Positions 52,384 through 63,124 of a DNA stretch of 64,000 nucleotides are shown here, piece by piece. This DNA is from an uncultured Planctomycetota bacterium. Its GTDB lineage: Bacteria > Planctomycetota > Phycisphaerae > Tepidisphaerales > Tepidisphaeraceae. Numbering within the stretch: position 1 is the stretch's first letter; each line of letters opens with the position of its first letter. The position numbers and the translations under genes are program-made. Where the stretch lies: contig CAWJEN010000006.1 of the NCBI GenBank assembly GCA_963841915.1, positions 928,001 through 992,000 of the forward strand. Direction: 5' to 3'. Below the pieces are notes generated by a model. The model was not told the DNA's origin. It ran no database searches and saw only the letters and a list, made by a program, of their open reading frames with translations.

Positions 52384-52923
52384 TCAGGACCACGCCGTCC
52401 AGACGCTGACGACGAGCATCGCGACGCCCACGCCGCTCTTGAGCACAGTGCCCCAGAAGCGTCCCTTGAACGCGCCCCAGCCGACGCGGTTGAGTCGCCC
52501 GTAGAAGCCGCGGCGATCTTCGATGTCGTCACCGGCCTTACTCGCCTCGAGCAGGGCCGCACCGAGGAAGCTGCCGACGCACGCACCAAAGACAGCGTTC
52601 ACCACCGGCACCACGGGCACGAGAATGACGCCCAGGATGCCACCAACGACGCCCCCGAGGATCGCGCCAATGGTGCTGCGGAAACTGCCACCGGCCGACT
52701 TGCTGCCGGCGGCACCGGCAGCAAACTCGACCAGTTCCGCCAGCAACGCCAGACCCAACATGGTCAGACTGCTCACCCAGCCCACGCTCTGCCAGCCGTC
52801 TGCCCAGCCGTACGCGGCATGGGCGGCGACCATCAGCCACAGGCCCGGCAGGCCGATCAGGTTCAATGCAAGCCCGACCAGATGGCCCAGGAGCAAGGAG
52901 AGGTAGAGCGTCCAGAACCACAT
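52384..52923 (-). CDS. DUF456 family membrane protein
   Basis: GLPGLWL, ELVEF.AG..G.K.AGGS, GAILGG, GSFLGAALLE. Confidence 0.8.
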   Translation of the reverse strand: MWFWTLYLSLLLGHLVGLALNLIGLPGLWLMVAAHAAYGWADGWQSVGWVSSLTMLGLALLAELVEFAAGAAGSKSAGGSFRSTIGAILGGVVGGILGVILVPVVPVVNAVFGACVGSFLGAALLEASKAGDDIEDRRGFYGRLNRVGWGAFKGRFWGTVLKSGVGVAMLVVSVWTAWS

Positions 52924-52968
52924 GCTCAGTAGGCAAGTCCGTCAGACGCAACCGGCGGTCGATGCACG

Positions 52969-53397
52969 TTACTTCTTGATGTCTTCACCGTACTCGACGC
53001 GGGTGTTGCCGTAACCATCTTCGGTGGTGGTTTCGGCGTGCTTGCCCATCGTCTTGATCTTGCCCAGTACTCGGCCGTTGGAGTCGACGAAGAGGCGGGC
53101 GTTCTTGTTGCTCACGCCACCACCGACGGTGCCGCTGAGAATGACCTTGCTACCGCGGAAGAGCGTCATGTCGCCCGCGATGTGGCCGTATACGTGGACG
53201 CGTCCGCCGAAGTCGACAATGAGATCACCGCCCACGTTGCCGCGGACATAGCACTTGCCACCTTCGACGACGCGCAGGTCACCGGTCACGCCACCCCAGA
53301 GGGTGAACTTGTCATCGACGGTCATGTCGCCGACATGCCGCCCGCGTTCTTCACGCATGCCGGCACCTGAAGATTGGCCACGCTCGCTCGTACTCAT
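52969..53397 (-). CDS. Bactofilin-like (polymer-forming cytoskeletal) beta-helix protein
   Basis: Repeats GGVTGDLRV / GNVGGDLIV / GHIAGDMTL / GTVGGGV. Confidence 0.65.
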   Translation of the reverse strand: MSTSERGQSSGAGMREERGRHVGDMTVDDKFTLWGGVTGDLRVVEGGKCYVRGNVGGDLIVDFGGRVHVYGHIAGDMTLFRGSKVILSGTVGGGVSNKNARLFVDSNGRVLGKIKTMGKHAETTTEDGYGNTRVEYGEDIKK

Positions 53398-53472
53398 GCT
53401 CTTGTCCCTGGTCCTCTGTTGCATCGTCACCGTGCGACTATGGCCGATGAAACCACATCGGACCACTTGAGC

Positions 53473-54123
53473 CTAGACCGGCTCGTAAGTCGGACGTTCG
53501 TCCTCGTCTTCGTATTCGGCATCGAAGTTCGCGCCCAGCGCCCGCCGAACGCCACGGCCGCTCGTCAGCCAGCAGGCGACAAGCAACAAGAGCGAGAAGC
53601 CGGGCCAGCCGACGAACCGGATCCAGCCCAGCCAGTCAGCCCGGCCCGCAAACCCGTCGGCATTGGCAACGAGCTCCGGCCACTGGTACAGCACGCCTGG
53701 AATCCGCCAAGGTTCGCCCGACGACAGCGGATGCGACAACGCCGCCTGCCACGGCACCATGAGCACGACCAGCACCAGCGACCAGACAAATGCTCGCGCT
53801 GCCGATGCCGCACCGACCGTCCTGCCCGAGATCATCACGAGTACGATGTAGACCAGCGACAGTGAGAACAGAATCGACACAGCCAGGCCGAGCCAGGCGC
53901 TGGCGTACGTGGCCATGTAACCGATCTGGTCCCAAGGCCATGTCGAATCCTTTTGCCCCAGGACGGCCGACCGCACCTCGGGCACGAACCTCACCGTCAA
54001 GAAGAGGGCGATCTGAGCCAGGAGGATCAGCGCCAGCAGGAGAAACGTCAGCGTCCGGAACCGCCGCCCGACGGTGAGGGCGTCGTAGTAGACGGCTGCG
54101 GTAGAGGCGGGCATCAGTGTCAT
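53473..54123 (-). CDS. Four-TM hypothetical membrane protein
   Basis: Four hydrophobic segments, AFVWS..PWQ motif. Confidence 0.7.
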   Translation of the reverse strand: MTLMPASTAAVYYDALTVGRRFRTLTFLLLALILLAQIALFLTVRFVPEVRSAVLGQKDSTWPWDQIGYMATYASAWLGLAVSILFSLSLVYIVLVMISGRTVGAASAARAFVWSLVLVVLMVPWQAALSHPLSSGEPWRIPGVLYQWPELVANADGFAGRADWLGWIRFVGWPGFSLLLLVACWLTSGRGVRRALGANFDAEYEDEDERPTYEPV

Positions 54124-54242
54124 GGCTACTCGTGTGGTGTACGCGACGCAGGGCCGACGCCGCAAATGGTAACAGCAGCCGGTGCATCTCGGGTTGCACT
54201 TGGTTCCGACTGGTCTATCGTCGCCGCCCAACCAACACGCCT

Positions 54243-55271
54243 ATGGCCGACGACAACAAGACGATGCAGATGCTTTACGCCGATGACGCTCCGATGACGC
54301 CGTTGGAGGGAAAGATGGTTGCCATTCTCGGCTTCGGGTCCCAAGGGCACGCTCACGCCCAAAATCTGCGTGAGAGCGGCGTCAATGTCATCGTCGCCAA
54401 CCGCGCCGAATCGGCCAACGGTCGCCTCGCCAAGGAAAAGGGCTTCGAGCTCTACAGTGTCGCCGACGCCGTCAAGAAAGCCGACCTCGTCATCATCACG
54501 CTGCCCGACGAGGTCCAGCCGGAGGTCTACGACAAGGACATCAGCCCGAACCTGACCGCCGGCAAGGCCCTCGGCTTTACGCACGGCTTCAACGTCCACT
54601 TCAAGACAATCCAGGTCCCCAGCGACGTCGACGTCGTCATGGTCGCCCCCAAAGGGCCAGGCCACCTCGTCCGCAGCCAATTTGAGCAGGGCGGCGGCGT
54701 GCCTTGCCTGTTCAGCGTCCATCAGGACGCAAGCGGCAACGCCCGTGGCATCGCCCTCGCCTGGGCCAACGGTGTCGGTGGCGGTCGCAGCGGCATCTTC
54801 GAGACGTCGTTCAAGGACGAGTGCGAGACCGACCTCTTCGGCGAACAAGCTGTCCTGTGCGGCGGCATCAGCGCCCTCATCAAGGCAGGCTACGAAACGC
54901 TCGTCGAAGCCGGTTACCCGCCGGAAATGGCCTACTTCGAGTGCGTCCACGAGACCAAGCTCATCGTCGACCTGATCTTCCAGGGTGGCCTTGACTACAT
55001 GCGGTACAGCGTGTCGAACACAGCCGAGTACGGCGACCTGACACGTGGCCCACGCGTGGTCGACGAGTCGGCCAAGGCCCGCATGAAGGACATCCTCGAC
55101 GAAATCCAGAGTGGCCAATTCGCCAAAGAATGGCGTGAAGAATACGAGGGCGGTATGAAGGAATTTACCCGGCTCTACGAGAAGGACCGCGACAGCTCCG
55201 TCGAGCAGGTCGGCAAGCGGCTACGCAAGCTCATGCCGTGGCTCGGTGCCAAAGAACCGCCGAAGGACTGA
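54243..55271 (+). CDS. ilvC: Ketol-acid reductoisomerase
   Basis: GFGSQGHAHAQNLRESG, VAPKGPGH, ETDLFGEQAVLCGG, SNTAEYG. Confidence 0.97.
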   Translation: MADDNKTMQMLYADDAPMTPLEGKMVAILGFGSQGHAHAQNLRESGVNVIVANRAESANGRLAKEKGFELYSVADAVKKADLVIITLPDEVQPEVYDKDISPNLTAGKALGFTHGFNVHFKTIQVPSDVDVVMVAPKGPGHLVRSQFEQGGGVPCLFSVHQDASGNARGIALAWANGVGGGRSGIFETSFKDECETDLFGEQAVLCGGISALIKAGYETLVEAGYPPEMAYFECVHETKLIVDLIFQGGLDYMRYSVSNTAEYGDLTRGPRVVDESAKARMKDILDEIQSGQFAKEWREEYEGGMKEFTRLYEKDRDSSVEQVGKRLRKLMPWLGAKEPPKD

Positions 55272-55305
55272 AGCTGATCAACGCCGATGAGCAAGCCGCG
55301 GCACA

Positions 55306-55995
55306 TCAGGCCGCGGCTTTTGCACGTTCGGCCCGAAGTACGCGACCTGCGACGCGACCGATCAAGACGAAGCTGACGACTGTGGCCACACCACCGGCTG
55401 CGAGCAGCCAAGGCGTCTGCGGCCTCGACCAATCCAGCTCGCTCAATCCCGCACCAAGTAACGCGACCGCCACCACCCGAGGCATCAACCCCAAAGCTGC
55501 TCCAGCAAGATAAGGCCTGAGCGGCGTACGCATGGCCGCCAGCACAACATTCGTGGCCGCAAAGGGAGCCAATGGCGAAAGCCGTAGCAACGCCAACAGC
55601 CATGCCGTCCTGTGAGGCGACGCGTCCAGCAGCGCATCCGCCACGCCCGCCCACGTCGGCATCGCCCGCAGCGAAGAGGCCAGGCGATCACCGGCCACGA
55701 CTCGTCCAAAGCTGTACCCGAGCAGGCTGGCCGCAACGACTGCCGCCCAAGCCACTATGGGCCCGGCTAAGGCTCCTAACGCAAACCCGCTTGCGAGCGA
55801 TACGGCGTGTGTCGGCAGCAACGCCAAGCTCGCCAACAGCATGCCGCCGAAGCACACGGCGACAGCGGCTTCAACAGGCGTCGCCGCGTCGACCCATGCC
55901 GCCAATGCGGTGCCGTGTCGCGCAAGCATGGCCACGCCTACCAACGGCAGCGCACCGGCCACAATTGTTGCTGTCATCGCTCGCAGGCCTGCCAC
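55306..55995 (-). CDS. VTT domain (TVP38/TMEM64, DedA superfamily) membrane protein
   Basis: LLRLSPLAPFAATN, GYSFGR, ASGFALG. Confidence 0.85.
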   Translation of the reverse strand: MAGLRAMTATIVAGALPLVGVAMLARHGTALAAWVDAATPVEAAVAVCFGGMLLASLALLPTHAVSLASGFALGALAGPIVAWAAVVAASLLGYSFGRVVAGDRLASSLRAMPTWAGVADALLDASPHRTAWLLALLRLSPLAPFAATNVVLAAMRTPLRPYLAGAALGLMPRVVAVALLGAGLSELDWSRPQTPWLLAAGGVATVVSFVLIGRVAGRVLRAERAKAAA

Positions 55996-56211
55996 GAGTT
56001 GAAGGTAGGACGCGGAAGCAATCCAGACACACCCGAACGGAGCGTCATCAGGCTTGGGCCGATAATCAACGTTATGTATAGCCGTACCTGGCGACTGGAC
56101 CAGCCGGCGTACGACAGACCCGGTCTTAAGTCTTCATTCGACGAGAAAACGTACCCCAGTCTCAAGCTTGGAAAAAGCAGCGGTCGCATGATGGAATCAC
56201 GCACCAGGTCG

Positions 56212-57483
56212 CTACTGCATCAGGAAGAAGGCCACGCCGTCAGGCTCTACGGCCTCGTTGTTCCAAATGTCTTGCACCGTCTCTGCGCAGCCGGGTCGAT
56301 GAAGTCGCTCCGGAAGCTTGAATGAGCCGCCCTTCCCGCTTGTGTCGAAGGCGGCGAGCCAACAGCGATCGCCGCGACTGTCGTCGGCGATGAAGCCACG
56401 CCAGTCGCCGACGAGCTTGATCGGCCGGACGTTGCGGGCATGAGCTTGGCACTCGAGCAGGTGCGGGTGCGTGAGCAGCGTGAAGTCCTCGTCCGGCGTC
56501 GCAGCCAAATTGCCACCCATCAGCAGCGGCGAGCCGACAAGCGCGCGTTGCGTCAGGAAGCTCTGCTTCTGGGCACGCGTGAACCGGCTTTGCCGACGCC
56601 CGCCGACGCCGTAAAGCAGCGGTTTGGTCTCCTTCACGTCGTCGTCGGGCTCCCGCCACGAGCTCAACTCGCCGAACGGGATCATGTCGAGATCGATCGC
56701 GACATCGTCCTCACCAGCGCCGCCCCAAGTGCTCATCGCGTCGAGCCCCTTCATGAGGTCGTCGCGGCGATCCCAGATGTCAGCCGTAATACGCAGAGCG
56801 TCCGCCCGACGGTACGCCGGCAGGTCGACCACACGATTGCAGTTTCCCGGCGAAAGGCTCAGCGTCATCGGTCTGCCGCACCTGTCGATGGCGTCGGCAA
56901 CGGCTTCGATCTCACGCGGGTACGGGACGATGTCATCGACCTTCACGTAATCGACTTGCCATTCTGCGAGCAGGCGGAGGACCGAGTCGTAGTAGGCCTG
57001 TGCTCCAGGCCGGCTCATGTCGACGCCGAAGTTGTCGCCACACCAAGCGCACGTGTCGTCCGTGTCAGCGATGTCGGCGGCGGTGACGTTCGTGCCGAGC
57101 ACCGGCAGACGACGCTCCACGGCCAAACGTGGCACACCTCGCATCAGGTGAATGCCGAACTTGATGCCGTGCTCGTGGCACTTGGAAATGATCCCGCCGA
57201 GCCCGTTCGGAAAAGCGTCCGGCGCCGGCACGTAGCGGCCGTAGCCGTCGATTTCGTGGCCGAGCAACGCGTCGGCATCGACGCGTGGAAAGCGCTCGCC
57301 CGCCTTACGCCGATAGCGGCGGTACCACCCGATGTCGAGCGTGAACACGTCGTACCCGTGCGGGAGCAGGCGGTCGATAAAGACGCTCAAGTTGTCGAGC
57401 AACGCCCGCTCGTCTGCAACGGCGCCGAAGCAGTCGAAGCTGTTCCACCCGCGGATGGGACGAGGAACTGTATTACTTTGCAT
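56212..57483 (-). CDS. Glycoside hydrolase family 27 (alpha-galactosidase-like)
   Basis: GWNSFD, LDIGW, KFGIHLMRG, DYVKVDD nucleophile motif, LSLSPG, DLDMIPFG. Confidence 0.88.
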   Translation of the reverse strand: MQSNTVPRPIRGWNSFDCFGAVADERALLDNLSVFIDRLLPHGYDVFTLDIGWYRRYRRKAGERFPRVDADALLGHEIDGYGRYVPAPDAFPNGLGGIISKCHEHGIKFGIHLMRGVPRLAVERRLPVLGTNVTAADIADTDDTCAWCGDNFGVDMSRPGAQAYYDSVLRLLAEWQVDYVKVDDIVPYPREIEAVADAIDRCGRPMTLSLSPGNCNRVVDLPAYRRADALRITADIWDRRDDLMKGLDAMSTWGGAGEDDVAIDLDMIPFGELSSWREPDDDVKETKPLLYGVGGRRQSRFTRAQKQSFLTQRALVGSPLLMGGNLAATPDEDFTLLTHPHLLECQAHARNVRPIKLVGDWRGFIADDSRGDRCWLAAFDTSGKGGSFKLPERLHRPGCAETVQDIWNNEAVEPDGVAFFLMQ

Positions 57484-59821
57484 CGTCTTCGAGAACTTCC
57501 AATTCTTTGGGGTGACGCGGGATCGGACCCATCGCTTCGTCCGCATAACATCGAAGACCCATCAGCGCGGCCGGCGTCGTCTGTGACGGGTGCGTGAGTT
57601 CCAGCCTCAAACCGATGAGTTCGATCGCTTCGTTCAGCGCGACCACGACGTGCGACTGCCGATTTTCATCCCGCTCGGCCAGGACCGTCTCGGTATCCGC
57701 TTGAACAGCTACGAGCCGAAACTTCCGCACGCAGAACGGCGAGACCCGTTCAGGGTGGCCCAGCAGGACCGTTTCCATCGGGTGATCAAAGTCAGTGTCA
57801 AAATGTAGATCGATACGTCCGATCGTCGTCGGTTCGCCGAAGCGTACGTCCAGCGTCGGCACCGGATCATCGGGCGAGGCGATCCAGGCGTTGGTCCCAT
57901 GTCCGGGTCGGAAGAGGCCGTTCATCAAGTTCGAAGCGTCGAAACCCTGCACCGGCGGCGAAAACGTCAGGGCAAGCAAGCGGCCGTCCGGGCGACGGTG
58001 CGGCGGAAAGAGCAACACATCCTCGAGCCCCGGATGACGCTCGCTCGCGTCGGCGGGCGGCTTAAGGCGGCCACGCGTCGGCACAAAGCCGCTGACACGA
58101 CGGTCGCTGACACCGAGACGCATCTCCGGCGAGCCGGAGATCGTCAGCAGCACCGCCGTCGGCTCGTCGAGCGTCAGGTCCCACGACAGTTCGACAACAT
58201 CGTCGCCCGAAACGCTCGACGTTTGAGAGGACAGCACCCGCGCCGCATCGTGCAGGCCAGGCCGCTCAGACGTCCGCAGCTCGGCCCGCAGTTCGGCCGG
58301 CTTTGACGCATCGACCTTCAGCCGTATCGACGGCACCGGCCCGGCAGGCAGATGCAACCACAGGCCGCGCTCGTGATCCAAATCAGCCCAGGCGTCAGCC
58401 GCGTGCGGCAACTCGGCCAGCTTCAGCTCGCTCGACACGTCCAGCTTCGCCCGACGCACCAAATCATCCGTATCACGATCGGCATCGAGCGCCAGATGCG
58501 GCACATGCTGAGCATCGCGAAGCAGGCTTCGCTGCAACTCGTCGATCGGTACGTCACGCGGGTCGAGCTTGTTCCGCAGGCAAAGCGCCGCCGCGTGTGC
58601 AACGGCCTGACCGGCGTGAGCGCTGGTACCCATCACCCGCGTCGAACCAAAGGCGACATGTGACGCACTGATGAGCCGACCGGCCAGGAACAGGTTCTTG
58701 ACGTTGCGGCTGTACATGCAGCGGTACGGAATCTGGAACGTCCCGCGAACGTGAAATTGCGTGCAGCCGGGCTTGTCGCTGTACACGCCGTCCGCAGGGT
58801 GCAGATCGACTGCCCAGCCGCCCACGGCAACGCCGTCGTCGAAGCGTCGCGTTTGCGCTAAATCCTCCTGGCTGAGCATGTAGTCGCCTTCGAAGCGGCG
58901 GCTTTCGCGCTTGCCGGGAATGGTGCCGACCCACTCGAGCGTGTGATTCGCCGCATCCGGGAACTCGCCGCTGTTCTTGACGTGATCCCAAAGGCCATAG
59001 ACGACGCTCCACAATTCCCACTTGATCGTTTCGGTCTCGTGCACCGTGTCGAGTCGGCCGCCGTACTCGATCCACCAGAGTCGGCAACCCTGCAGGTTGG
59101 TGCTGTATCGCTTCCACCGCTCGAGTTTGGAAACGTCCTTCTTGGCGTAGCTGGGCGCGACGAAGTCGACGGGCCGGCCCATGTCCTTCGTGTAGAAGTA
59201 AAGCGAGTGGCCCAGCAGGCTGCCGTAGCCCTCGTCGGGCGCAAGCGATTCGCCGAACTCGTCGGCCGACTCGGCACCGATACGGAAGGCCGCTCCCGCC
59301 ATGAAGCCGAGCACGCCGTCGCCGCTGGCATCGACGAACAGCGGCGAGCTGACTTTGTACATCGTGCCGTTCTGGCTGCAGAAGGCGCGGACGCTTGCAA
59401 CGCGATCGGCATCGTCGTCGACCTTCGTCGCTTCGAAGACGCTCGTGTTGAGCAGCAGCGTGATGTTCGGCTCCTCAGCGACCTTCTCCAAAAGAATCGT
59501 ATCGACGATGAGGGGATTGCCCTCGCGGTTGCGCCACAAATTTTCGCAGAGGATCTCGTCCACCACGCCGCCCTCGCGGGCGAAGCGGTTGTTGTTGTTC
59601 ATGTGGCTCGTCGCGCCCAGGATCCAAAGTCGCACCTCGCTCGAGCAGTTGCCGCCGAGCACCGGCCGATCCTGGATGAGCGTGACACGCACTCCCTGCC
59701 GGGCGGCGGCAATGGCGGTGCAGGTTCCAGCTAATCCACCGCCGACAATTGTCAGATCGCCGGCGATGGGAACCGTCTTCAAGGTGCGGCGGTCCGCCGC
59801 GTCGTACGTCTGAAGGGACAT
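57473..59821 (-). CDS. FAD-dependent oxidoreductase with C-terminal beta-sandwich
   Basis: VGGGLAG, DRPVLGGNCSSE, DASGDG, GKRESRR, AGRLISASHVAFGSTRVM. Confidence 0.9.
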   Translation of the reverse strand: MSLQTYDAADRRTLKTVPIAGDLTIVGGGLAGTCTAIAAARQGVRVTLIQDRPVLGGNCSSEVRLWILGATSHMNNNNRFAREGGVVDEILCENLWRNREGNPLIVDTILLEKVAEEPNITLLLNTSVFEATKVDDDADRVASVRAFCSQNGTMYKVSSPLFVDASGDGVLGFMAGAAFRIGAESADEFGESLAPDEGYGSLLGHSLYFYTKDMGRPVDFVAPSYAKKDVSKLERWKRYSTNLQGCRLWWIEYGGRLDTVHETETIKWELWSVVYGLWDHVKNSGEFPDAANHTLEWVGTIPGKRESRRFEGDYMLSQEDLAQTRRFDDGVAVGGWAVDLHPADGVYSDKPGCTQFHVRGTFQIPYRCMYSRNVKNLFLAGRLISASHVAFGSTRVMGTSAHAGQAVAHAAALCLRNKLDPRDVPIDELQRSLLRDAQHVPHLALDADRDTDDLVRRAKLDVSSELKLAELPHAADAWADLDHERGLWLHLPAGPVPSIRLKVDASKPAELRAELRTSERPGLHDAARVLSSQTSSVSGDDVVELSWDLTLDEPTAVLLTISGSPEMRLGVSDRRVSGFVPTRGRLKPPADASERHPGLEDVLLFPPHRRPDGRLLALTFSPPVQGFDASNLMNGLFRPGHGTNAWIASPDDPVPTLDVRFGEPTTIGRIDLHFDTDFDHPMETVLLGHPERVSPFCVRKFRLVAVQADTETVLAERDENRQSHVVVALNEAIELIGLRLELTHPSQTTPAALMGLRCYADEAMGPIPRHPKELEVLEDDAK

Positions 59822-59826
59822 TGTGG

Positions 59827-62013
59827 TTAGCGTTGGCCTTCCGTCTCACGCTCCGGAACATACTTCCAGATGCCGTAGCAGCTCGTCGGCGTCCAGACAT
59901 GGCCGGTGTGCGGGTCGATTTCGACGTACATCGCCTCGCGTCCGCCGTCGCGGACGGTGCCGTCGAGCGGCTCGTTCCGCGTGAGCACCTCCCACGACTC
60001 GCCTCCGTTCGTCGAGCGGATCAAAGCGACGTCGGTCGCCTCGATGTTGAGGTGCTGCGTGACGTAGAGCGTCTGCGGGTTCTTGGGATCCACCGCAATG
60101 CCCGTCACGCGGCGGCGGTTGGTCGACGAGGCGGGCACCTCTATGTCGCGTGCCCCGGCTTTGCTATTTACGTCGACCGCCAGCAGCGCCTTGATGTTTG
60201 CGACATAGATGGTCGAGCCATCAGGCGTGACGTCGAGACCTAGAACCGGCCCCTCCACCTCGGCCAGCTCAAGCCACGTTTTGCCGTAATCATCGCTGCG
60301 GACCAAAACGGCTCTGTCACTTGCGATATGGTTCGTGCCGTAGATCCGGCCTTCGGCGTCGGCCGTGAAAACGTCGGTGACGCCCTTCATCGGCTCCCAC
60401 GTTTCGCCAGCATCAGTAGTGCGGTAGCGGGCGACATAGGCGACATTCGCGTCGCGTGGGTCTATGAGGCCTTGACTCGCGCCGAAGCCCTCGTCGCCGC
60501 GGTTCTTGGCCCAGGTGACGCCGTTGACGTCGTTCCACGTCTTGCCGCCGTCGCGAGTCATGCGGAGCTGGCGGTCGCCGGTCCAGCTTGGGGCGAGGCC
60601 GACGACGTAAACGTCGGGATTGATGGCGATGCCGCCGTAGGTGAAGCCGCCCCAGCTCTTGCCGCTGGCGTTGGTGTAGGTCCAAGTGTGGCCGCCATCG
60701 TGCGTGACAGCGCCGTTGTAGTCCTGGCTGCCGACGAAGATCAGCTCCGGGTGGTGCGGGTTGAAGGCCAAGCCGCCGCCGACGAGGACGGCGTTCTGGC
60801 CCTCGCTGGCCCACTTGAAGCTCTCGCCGCCGTCGGTGCTGTGGGTGACCCAGTCGCCGCCATAGCTCCAGATCTTGTTCTCGTCCGTCGGGTGCCAGAC
60901 AAATTGGTACTGTCGGGCGTTCTGCGGAAGGAAGGCAAGCTCCTTGCTGGTCGTGGCCGTCTTCCACGTCTTGCCGCCGTCGTGCGAGACGTGCTTGTGC
61001 CACTGCCAGTCGTCGGCAAGAGACCGCATCGCCAGCCGGCCAGGGGCCGCCGGACTGGCGGTCAGGCCGTCGAACTTTACGTTCTTCCGCTTTCCTGAAG
61101 CTGTCTTGCCGTTTGTAAAAGTCAGGGGCTCATCAAGGCCGCTCGTCTCCATCTTGCTCCATGTCTCGCCGGCGTCGGTCGAAGTTTCGATAGCGTTAGG
61201 TCGGGTTGCCCACACCCGGTCTGGCTCGTGCTTGGTGGTCTCGACGCTCGTGAATTCGCCATCGGCGAACTCGCGGAATGACTCGCCGCCGTCGTCGCTG
61301 AGGAACAGGCCGTTCTCGTTCGAGGCATAGAGCCGGCCGCTCGTCGGGTGGACGGCCAGGTGGCTGTGGCCGGCGACGTCGGAGTCGCTGCCGAGCCGCT
61401 CCCATTTCCTGCCGCCGTCGTCGCTGCGGTAGAGGCCGGGTTTGCTCTCGGGCGGCGTGCCATACTGGTTGTTGCCGTCCTTCGTTCGCGACCAGTAGAC
61501 GCGGCGGGTCAGGTCTGCTTCTTGATCATAAGTCGACGGATCGAAGACGACCGACTCACGGCGATCTCGCATGCCGCACATGTTCGCCGGCTCGACGATC
61601 TCCCAAGACGCGGCCGCGTCCTCACTGAGGTAGAGGCCGTGGATGTCGCGGGCCATCGAGTTCGAGGCGACAGCAATGGCACGCTTCGGATTGTGCGGGT
61701 CAATGGCGACGTCACGTGCACCACGTGGCGTGAAGCCGACGTTTGCCGGCTCCCACGTCTGGCCTTGATCGGTGCTGCGATACAGGCCGCCGACGTCGGT
61801 GGCGAAGATCATCAGGCTGCCGTCAGTCTCGTCAATTGCGATGTCGCCCGGCCATTGCGCACCTTCGCCGCCGATGCGTACGCCCGCCTCGCGGTGTTCT
61901 GCAGAGACCCACGGCACCGGCTGCCACGGCCCCGGCAGCGGCTCGGCGGCGACGAAGGAGACACCGATTAGCATTGAGGCGACGCTGGACAATGAGTGCA
62001 GAACTGAAGGCAT
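59827..62013 (-). CDS. Secreted BNR/Asp-box beta-propeller (GH74/sialidase/VPS10-like)
   Basis: TDVGGLYRS and many S-x-D-x-G-x-[TS]-W repeats. Confidence 0.85.
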   Translation of the reverse strand: MPSVLHSLSSVASMLIGVSFVAAEPLPGPWQPVPWVSAEHREAGVRIGGEGAQWPGDIAIDETDGSLMIFATDVGGLYRSTDQGQTWEPANVGFTPRGARDVAIDPHNPKRAIAVASNSMARDIHGLYLSEDAAASWEIVEPANMCGMRDRRESVVFDPSTYDQEADLTRRVYWSRTKDGNNQYGTPPESKPGLYRSDDGGRKWERLGSDSDVAGHSHLAVHPTSGRLYASNENGLFLSDDGGESFREFADGEFTSVETTKHEPDRVWATRPNAIETSTDAGETWSKMETSGLDEPLTFTNGKTASGKRKNVKFDGLTASPAAPGRLAMRSLADDWQWHKHVSHDGGKTWKTATTSKELAFLPQNARQYQFVWHPTDENKIWSYGGDWVTHSTDGGESFKWASEGQNAVLVGGGLAFNPHHPELIFVGSQDYNGAVTHDGGHTWTYTNASGKSWGGFTYGGIAINPDVYVVGLAPSWTGDRQLRMTRDGGKTWNDVNGVTWAKNRGDEGFGASQGLIDPRDANVAYVARYRTTDAGETWEPMKGVTDVFTADAEGRIYGTNHIASDRAVLVRSDDYGKTWLELAEVEGPVLGLDVTPDGSTIYVANIKALLAVDVNSKAGARDIEVPASSTNRRRVTGIAVDPKNPQTLYVTQHLNIEATDVALIRSTNGGESWEVLTRNEPLDGTVRDGGREAMYVEIDPHTGHVWTPTSCYGIWKYVPERETEGQR

Positions 62014-62121
62014 AGTAAGATGGAAGGTATTCAATGTGCTGAACGGGGTACGCCGTCGTCGCCGAAGCGATGAACGGCGGGTGCGTGATTAGGAGACAAT
62101 GACAACAGTGGGTGCCGCCGC

Positions 62122-63027
62122 CTACTGCTTCATGACCGTGAACTGGCGCAACTTGACTTCCCTGAAGTTCTGCGACTCGGCATGGCCGTCGAGAAAGACG
62201 AGATTCAGGCGATCGTTGTCGCCGTGGCGACGACGGGGAGCGCGAAATGGGTAGTCTGACGCGTTAGGTCCTGCAAAAGACACGTCACTTTCTGCGGTAT
62301 CGATCGCCACCTCAAGCGTCGCTGGCGAGTTGCCCTCCCAATAAGCTAGATTCAAGCTCCGCCAAAAGTTTCCGTATTCAGCAAAAGCATTTGTGTCGAC
62401 CCGCGTCCAAGTGATCTTATCGCTCACAAATGCTGCATTGCCCTGCGTCGGATTCGCATTTGTAGCCAGGTTCTGAGTGCCGTCCCAGTAAGTCGCGACC
62501 TCCGTGCTGTTTTTGATGGGAGCGAGCTTATACGGCTTGGGAGGCTTGGTTCCCGATGGGAAAACCGGATCCATGGGGTTGATTCCAAAGCGCATATTTG
62601 GAATTAACACCGGGTGAGAGGAGTAGTGGTTGCGTGTGTTGGCCTTGGCGGCCGAATCAGCACTGGGACAGAAGAAAGCTTCGGTTGTTTCCTCACCCGC
62701 GCCGTAGCCCGTGCCGAGGTCGTTGACTGCGAGCACATCGCTGAGCAGAAGCGGCCAGTCCGTAACGGAATTTTCACCGATCGGAAGCGACCCGCTGTTG
62801 TCTTCGGTGTACAAGACATTGGCCACGCCAATCTGCCGAAGGTTCGACAGGCACGCCACACTCGCCGCCGAGCGACGTGCTGAACTCAGCGTCGGCAGCA
62901 GAATCGAGATGAGCAGCGCGATGATGCCGATAACGACAAGCAGCTCGACCAGCGTAAAACCAAGTCGCAACCGTCGAACGCCGGAAGATTCAAAGGAGTC
63001 GAGGGAACGAGTAAGCGGGTGTGGCAT
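62122..63027 (-). CDS. DUF1559-type prepilin-like protein with H-X9-DG motif
   Basis: [60 protein letters not shown]. Confidence 0.92.
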   Translation of the reverse strand: MPHPLTRSLDSFESSGVRRLRLGFTLVELLVVIGIIALLISILLPTLSSARRSAASVACLSNLRQIGVANVLYTEDNSGSLPIGENSVTDWPLLLSDVLAVNDLGTGYGAGEETTEAFFCPSADSAAKANTRNHYSSHPVLIPNMRFGINPMDPVFPSGTKPPKPYKLAPIKNSTEVATYWDGTQNLATNANPTQGNAAFVSDKITWTRVDTNAFAEYGNFWRSLNLAYWEGNSPATLEVAIDTAESDVSFAGPNASDYPFRAPRRRHGDNDRLNLVFLDGHAESQNFREVKLRQFTVMKQ

Positions 63028-63124
63028 GGTGTCCTCCAAGCGGTAATGTTTGGCCAACGGTCGAGTGGGATGATGAGGTTCTCACGGCCTCTCGTGGGCC
63101 AGTAGAGCGGTCGTGATGCAGGTG

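Noticed and set aside
57473..59821. FAD oxidoreductase as the missing SdhA
   Set aside because: Lacks the SdhA covalent-FAD SHxxxAxGG and QFHPT motifs; it belongs to a different flavoprotein family
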